51,955 nt of DNA, taken from contig JAJSZR010000002.1 in the NCBI GenBank assembly GCA_030262715.1, positions 1 through 51,955 of the forward strand, in the 5' to 3' direction. Positions 50,892-51,955 of this stretch are shown piece by piece. A model generated the notes under the pieces. The model ran no database searches. It saw only the letters and a list, made by a program, of their open reading frames with translations, and had not been told where the DNA came from. Origin of the DNA: Deltaproteobacteria bacterium. GTDB lineage: Bacteria; Desulfobacterota; Dissulfuribacteria; Dissulfuribacterales; UBA3076. The position numbers were made by a program, and so were the translations under genes. Within the stretch, counting starts at the first letter, position 1, and each line of letters begins with the position of its first letter.

Positions 50892-51080
50892 TCATGTTTT
50901 TGTACTGTTGATAAATGCATTCAATTTTGGGCCGATTTTTTCAACTATTGCTTTGTATTCCGTCGCATTTGACTCAGATAAAATTTTTCTTCTGATAAGT
51001 TTTCGCAACCATGATTTGGTTTCTTCATCTGATAACTCTTCTGCCAGTTTGTAAACATCCAACTCATAGACTCGTTTCAT
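50892..51080 (-). pseudogene. Four-helix-bundle protein (23S IVP/TIGR02436-like) with in-frame internal deletion; cargo of micro-cassette C (50863-51128)
   Basis: MKRVYELDVYKLAEELSD|EETKSWL...KLNAFINSTKT, 62 aa. It has the family's N- and C-terminal motifs but lacks the central Q..RS..S...NIAEG segment. Flanked by facing heptamer arrays. Confidence 0.8.
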
Positions 51081-51129
51081 GTTTCCCAATTTCCAATTTC
51101 TAATTTCCAATTTCAAGCCGGAACGGCTT

Positions 51130-51955
51130 TCAACTCTTCTTTCTCATTTTTCTCGGCACGTAGTTACAGAAAGGCTCTTCGGCAAGATAATCACCATAGA
51201 TTGCATAGGCCCTGGCCCTGCATCCCCCGCAAACCCGGATATACTCACAGGCACCGCAACGTCCCTTGTAGGAAGAAAAATCTCTTAGTTCCTTGAAAAG
51301 ATGGCTCTCTTCCCAAATTTCCTTGAAGGAGTGTTTATGAATATTTCCTGCCGGTAAGGGGAAGTAACTGCAAGGAAGCACATTTCCATCCACGTCGATA
51401 AGTGAGATCAACTGACCTGCCAGGCAGCCCTTGGAGCCGCCGGTGGAAAACTTGAGGCTCCTGTGCTCTATCCTTTCGCCCTGTTCCTTGGCCCTCTGGA
51501 GACGAATACGGTAGTAATGCGGCGCGCAGGTAGGCCTGACAAGAATATCTTTTTCCTTCTTTTCCATCTCGTAATGCCAGTTGAGCAGGGTCTCATAATC
51601 TTCAGGGGAGATAAGCTCTTCCATGATCTCCTTTCCCCGCCCGGTCGGCACAATCATGAACATATACCACGCAGTAGCCCCTATCTGCTTGGCCAGTCTG
51701 TAAACCTTAGGGATTTCCTTCTGGTTCCTGCGAGTAAAGGAAGAATTGATCAGAAAGCTTATGCCATGTTCTCTGAAGAGCCTGGCGGCATTTATGGCGT
51801 ATTCAAAGGCACCCGGCTGCTGGCGGAAATCGTCATGGACCTCGGCCGTGGCTCCGTCAAGACTGAGAGAAACCATGCATATGCCGGAGTCCTTTATCCT
51901 GGTGCAGACCTCCGGGGTTACAAAGGTGCCGTTCGTGGCAAGGCACATCCTCAGG
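51130..51955 (-). CDS. Radical SAM/SPASM protein, AhbD/NirJ-like (5' end outside the window)
   Basis: ATNG, SLDG...[35 protein letters not shown]...PFC; directly upstream of hemE. Confidence 0.85.
   Translation of the reverse strand, partial: LRMCLATNGTFVTPEVCTRIKDSGICMVSLSLDGATAEVHDDFRQQPGAFEYAINAARLFREHGISFLINSSFTRRNQKEIPKVYRLAKQIGATAWYMFMIVPTGRGKEIMEELISPEDYETLLNWHYEMEKKEKDILVRPTCAPHYYRIRLQRAKEQGERIEHRSLKFSTGGSKGCLAGQLISLIDVDGNVLPCSYFPLPAGNIHKHSFKEIWEESHLFKELRDFSSYKGRCGACEYIRVCGGCRARAYAIYGDYLAEEPFCNYVPRKMRKKS

Noticed and set aside
50892-51080. Avd of a diversity-generating retroelement
   Set aside because: The fold family is related, but no reverse transcriptase and no TR/VR pair with adenine-specific mismatches were seen in the window.

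Overview
Bacterial chromosomal window, most likely a Desulfobacterota (deltaproteobacterial) genome; this is inferred from gene content and protein style. Positions 1-7.3 kb form a decayed accessory region. It holds three intact toxin-antitoxin pairs (higBA, abiEi/abiEii, antitoxin-vapC), a Sel1-repeat protein, an MBL hydrolase, remnants of IS110, IS21 and IS3, a hicB fragment and degenerate attC-like hairpins. The rest is mostly core: uvrB, glnS-gltX, ECF sigma/anti-sigma/Spy, parAB, hflX, a PEP-CTERM-type EPS export cluster with glmS, HNH, a Tpt1-like gene, bepA-lspA-suhB, CIRCE-groESL, dnaG-rpoD, ModA-like-thyA-rhomboid, rnr-ligA, an NYN-CSD fusion, and radical SAM-hemE-hemH-hemY. The most striking unexplained structure is in the intergenic spaces. 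At least ten short inverted-repeat elements occur there, most built from facing arrays of 7-10 bp repeats, and several share GTA(A/G)NNNNTCA...TGANNNN(T/C)TAC ends. Three of them carry internally deleted remnants of one four-helix-bundle gene, which suggests a mobile micro-cassette system seen in filled, deleted and empty states. No rRNA, tRNA, CRISPR array, reverse transcriptase or integrase was seen. All family assignments come from motif recognition by eye, not from database searches.
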